DNA of 64,000 bases from an uncultured Nitrososphaerales archaeon (GTDB taxonomy: Archaea; Thermoproteota; Nitrososphaeria; Nitrososphaerales; Nitrososphaeraceae): contig CAWJCY010000012.1 in NCBI GenBank assembly GCA_963841565.1, forward strand, positions 64,001 through 128,000. The letters are read 5' to 3'. Positions 61,718 through 64,000 of this stretch are shown piece after piece. Position 1 is the stretch's first letter, and each line of letters opens with the position of its first letter. A model generated the notes under the pieces. It was not told the DNA's origin and made no database searches. It saw only the letters and a list, made by a program, of their open reading frames with translations. The position numbers were made by a program, and so were the translations under genes.

Positions 61718-63271
61718 CTATAAATTTATGTTCCCATGTTTCTTCCACGGATATGTCTCCCTTTTAGTGGATAAGGTATCAAGCGCCCTAATAATCATCG
61801 GTCTAGTTTCCATTGGATCTATAACCAAATCAATAATTCCCTTCTCTGCTGCGATATAGGGATTGGCGAACTTTTCTCTGTATTCTTTTGCAAGAGCCTT
61901 TTTGGTTTTTGCCAAGTCCTCAGATTTCTTGAGATCTCGGCGATGTATTATCATTATTGCGGCCTCGGGTCCAAGAACCGCAATTTCAGCTGTTGGCCAT
62001 GCCAAGTTTATGTCAGCTCTAAGGTTTTTGCTCCCCATGGCGATATAAGCGCCGCCGTACGCTTTTCCTATGATACATGTGATCTTAGGCACAGATGCCT
62101 CGCAATAAGAGTACAGCAATTTGCTCCCATGCCTTATTATTCCATTGTGTTCTTGATCGGTTCCAGGTAGGTAACCAGGAGTATCTACCAAGGTAACAAT
62201 TGGAATGTTGTAGCAATCACAAAATCTAATGAACCTCGCAGCTTTGTTGGAAGAATTAATATCCAAGGCACCGGCAAGATACAAAGGCTGGTTGGCAACT
62301 ATTCCTACAGATCTTCCTCCCATTCTTGCAAAGCCTACAACAACGTTCTCTGCAAAGAGTTCGTGTATCTCAAAGAAATCTCCGTCATCAACAATTGATT
62401 TGATTATTTGCTTCATATCATATTGTTCATACGGATTTTCAGGGAGTATAGATGCAAGGGCAGAATCGATCCGATTTGGATCATCTCCTGGTTGAACAAT
62501 TGGAGGAAGTTCGCTATTGTTTTGTGGTATGTAGGAAAGGAGTTTTTTTATCTTATCAATGCATGCGTATTCGTCTTTTGCTACAAAATGAGCCACGCCA
62601 GATTTACTGGCATGTGTTATTGCGCCTCCTAGCTCTTCAAATGAAACCTCCTGCCCTAACACCTCATGGACTACCTCGGGTCCTGTAACAAACATTTGCC
62701 CGATGTGTTCCACCATAATTACGAAGTCAGTCATGGCAGGAGAATAAACAGCACCCCCTGCACAAGGACCCATGCTGGCAGTTATTTGTGGAATGACGCC
62801 CGATGCGAGAGTGTTTTGATAGAAGATATCCCCGTAACCGTCTAAACTCATTACCCCTTCTTGAATTCTTGCTCCTCCCGAATCCAGAATTCCTATGATA
62901 GGGACACCGACCTTAAGAGCATGATCCATAACCTTGACGATCTTTTTCCCAGCCATTTCACCTAGCGAGCCTCCTAGCACTGTAAAGTCGTAAACGTAAA
63001 CAAACACCTTCCGCCCATCAATGGTACCAAATCCTGTCAATACCCCATCTCCAAAATACGTCTTGGTCGAAGGATCATCACTCCTATGGATTACATATTT
63101 ATCAATTTCGACGAAAGAATCCTCATCTAACAGAAGGCTAATTCTTTCCCTCGCTGTTAGTTTACCCTTGGAATGTTGGGCGGAAATCCTCTCCGGCCCG
63201 CCTCCTTCCTCAGACAGTTTCTTGATTTGATACAACTTCTTTATCTTATCCTCGTGCATGGCCTGAGTCAT
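61718..63271 (-). CDS. pccB: Acetyl/propionyl-CoA carboxylase carboxyltransferase subunit
   Basis: GKLTARER, DSGGARIQEG, GPCAGGAVYSPA, KAYGGAY, KKHGNINL. Confidence 0.96.
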   Translation of the reverse strand: MTQAMHEDKIKKLYQIKKLSEEGGGPERISAQHSKGKLTARERISLLLDEDSFVEIDKYVIHRSDDPSTKTYFGDGVLTGFGTIDGRKVFVYVYDFTVLGGSLGEMAGKKIVKVMDHALKVGVPIIGILDSGGARIQEGVMSLDGYGDIFYQNTLASGVIPQITASMGPCAGGAVYSPAMTDFVIMVEHIGQMFVTGPEVVHEVLGQEVSFEELGGAITHASKSGVAHFVAKDEYACIDKIKKLLSYIPQNNSELPPIVQPGDDPNRIDSALASILPENPYEQYDMKQIIKSIVDDGDFFEIHELFAENVVVGFARMGGRSVGIVANQPLYLAGALDINSSNKAARFIRFCDCYNIPIVTLVDTPGYLPGTDQEHNGIIRHGSKLLYSYCEASVPKITCIIGKAYGGAYIAMGSKNLRADINLAWPTAEIAVLGPEAAIMIIHRRDLKKSEDLAKTKKALAKEYREKFANPYIAAEKGIIDLVIDPMETRPMIIRALDTLSTKRETYPWKKHGNINL

Positions 63272-63448
63272 ATGCCAAGAATTAGGTATATAAATAATTA
63301 CGAAGCGTCTCTTAATCGTTTATAAGGAGATTTTGGTTCGTCAGAGATCCGCAGTCCGGCCTCCTAGAAGAAGCTATATTATCATAATTTCCCTTACTAA
63401 AAATCCAACATATTTACTATACCTAGTAGCTTTACGAAGGCGAAATTC

Positions 63449-63661
63449 TCATTCCCTGAGTCCTGATCTCCCCCCTTTCGCCCGCCGAAAATAATTCATT
63501 CCTAAGTTGTAATTTTCAAATAAACTTTCAAGTGTTTCTATCTCATCTGCCAATCTCTGAGCCCGAGATTTATTCCAGTCTTTTGCCTTTTTCAAATATT
63601 CTAACTCGTCAAGTTTTTCTTTGATAAGCTTTACTACGATCTTCTCGTACTCGCTAGACAT
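63449..63661 (-). CDS. Small conserved hypothetical protein
   Basis: Helical 70-aa ORF ending RRAKGGRSGLRE; T-rich TATA-like element upstream. Confidence 0.65.
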   Translation of the reverse strand: MSSEYEKIVVKLIKEKLDELEYLKKAKDWNKSRAQRLADEIETLESLFENYNLGMNYFRRAKGGRSGLRE

Positions 63662-63729
63662 TTCCGCTTGAAGATAGAGTAGTGGTTAGAATAATAAACT
63701 TTCTTAATAATATAAGAAGGGTGGCACCT

Positions 63730-63999
63730 TCATTTTCTATGCAGGTCACTCATTGTTAGGTTTTTCTGTAACAATGCGTAGAGGTCTCTCTTATTCAATT
63801 CATTGAACCAATACTGATTGTAATGATTGACGTACAGAAAAAGGAATTCTAAGAACGGTCTAAAACCATATTCATGCGGAAGCATATCTAGAGCGATTCT
63901 TGCCTCGTCCAAGTAGGTTGAGCTTTTTCTCATCGTAAGTTCGAATGCCTTCTGCACGTCTCCAGTGATAATACTATAGTAGAACGGCCAAGATGGAAT
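63730..63999 (-). CDS. Hypothetical protein, C-terminal part (runs off window end)
   Basis: Frame open to the window end: IPSWPFYYSIITGDVQKAFELTMRKSSTYLDEAR... Confidence 0.7.
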   Translation of the reverse strand: MPSWPFYYSIITGDVQKAFELTMRKSSTYLDEARIALDMLPHEYGFRPFLEFLFLYVNHYNQYWFNELNKRDLYALLQKNLTMSDLHRK

Positions 64000-64000
64000 T

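Noticed and set aside
474-63230. Numerous antisense or overlapping ORFs in the track (e.g. 474..773, 1523..1969, 4757..5179, 22953..23327, 49526..49858, 52149..52529, 61181..61519)
   Set aside because: Shadows of well-supported genes on the opposite strand or in another frame

Overview
Chromosomal window from an ammonia-oxidiser-type archaeon, most likely soil Nitrososphaeraceae (Nitrososphaerota/Thaumarchaeota). Markers are aIF2alpha-nop10, the archaeal rpl18-rps5-rpl30-rpl15-secY-adk-DUF106-cmk block, an ESCRT-III paralog, an intron-containing tRNA and the acetyl/propionyl-CoA carboxylase trio of the 3HP/4HB cycle. Layout: 1-11 kb secreted proteins and a surface-glycan locus; 11-42 kb loosely packed accessory genes (PQQ proteins, many small Zn-finger proteins, SLATT, AKR, TatA, P5C dehydrogenase); 42-47 kb decayed mobile DNA; 48-64 kb core genes. 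Most notable: (1) tRNA-Lys(CUU) with a BHB intron at the non-canonical 42/43 position and C55, carrying a collapsed 1.6-kb att-bounded island in which an integrase remnant is fused to a DUF262/HNH nuclease remnant; (2) an unexplained GC-rich three-way-junction structure plus a direct-repeat pair just outside that island; (3) a complete nickel-pincer cofactor set (larB/larC/larE) interleaved with mdh and linked to a cysteine desulfurase, with no larA in view; (4) an unannotated 35-aa Lys/Ser/Thr/Ala-rich histone-H1-like micro-gene with its own promoter and terminator; (5) an apparent ATT start for biotin carboxylase; (6) at least six single-base frameshifts, including in secY and mdh, most likely assembly errors, four of them next to AGCT/GATC/GTAC palindromes. 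All calls come from reading motifs by eye; no searches or folding programs were run.
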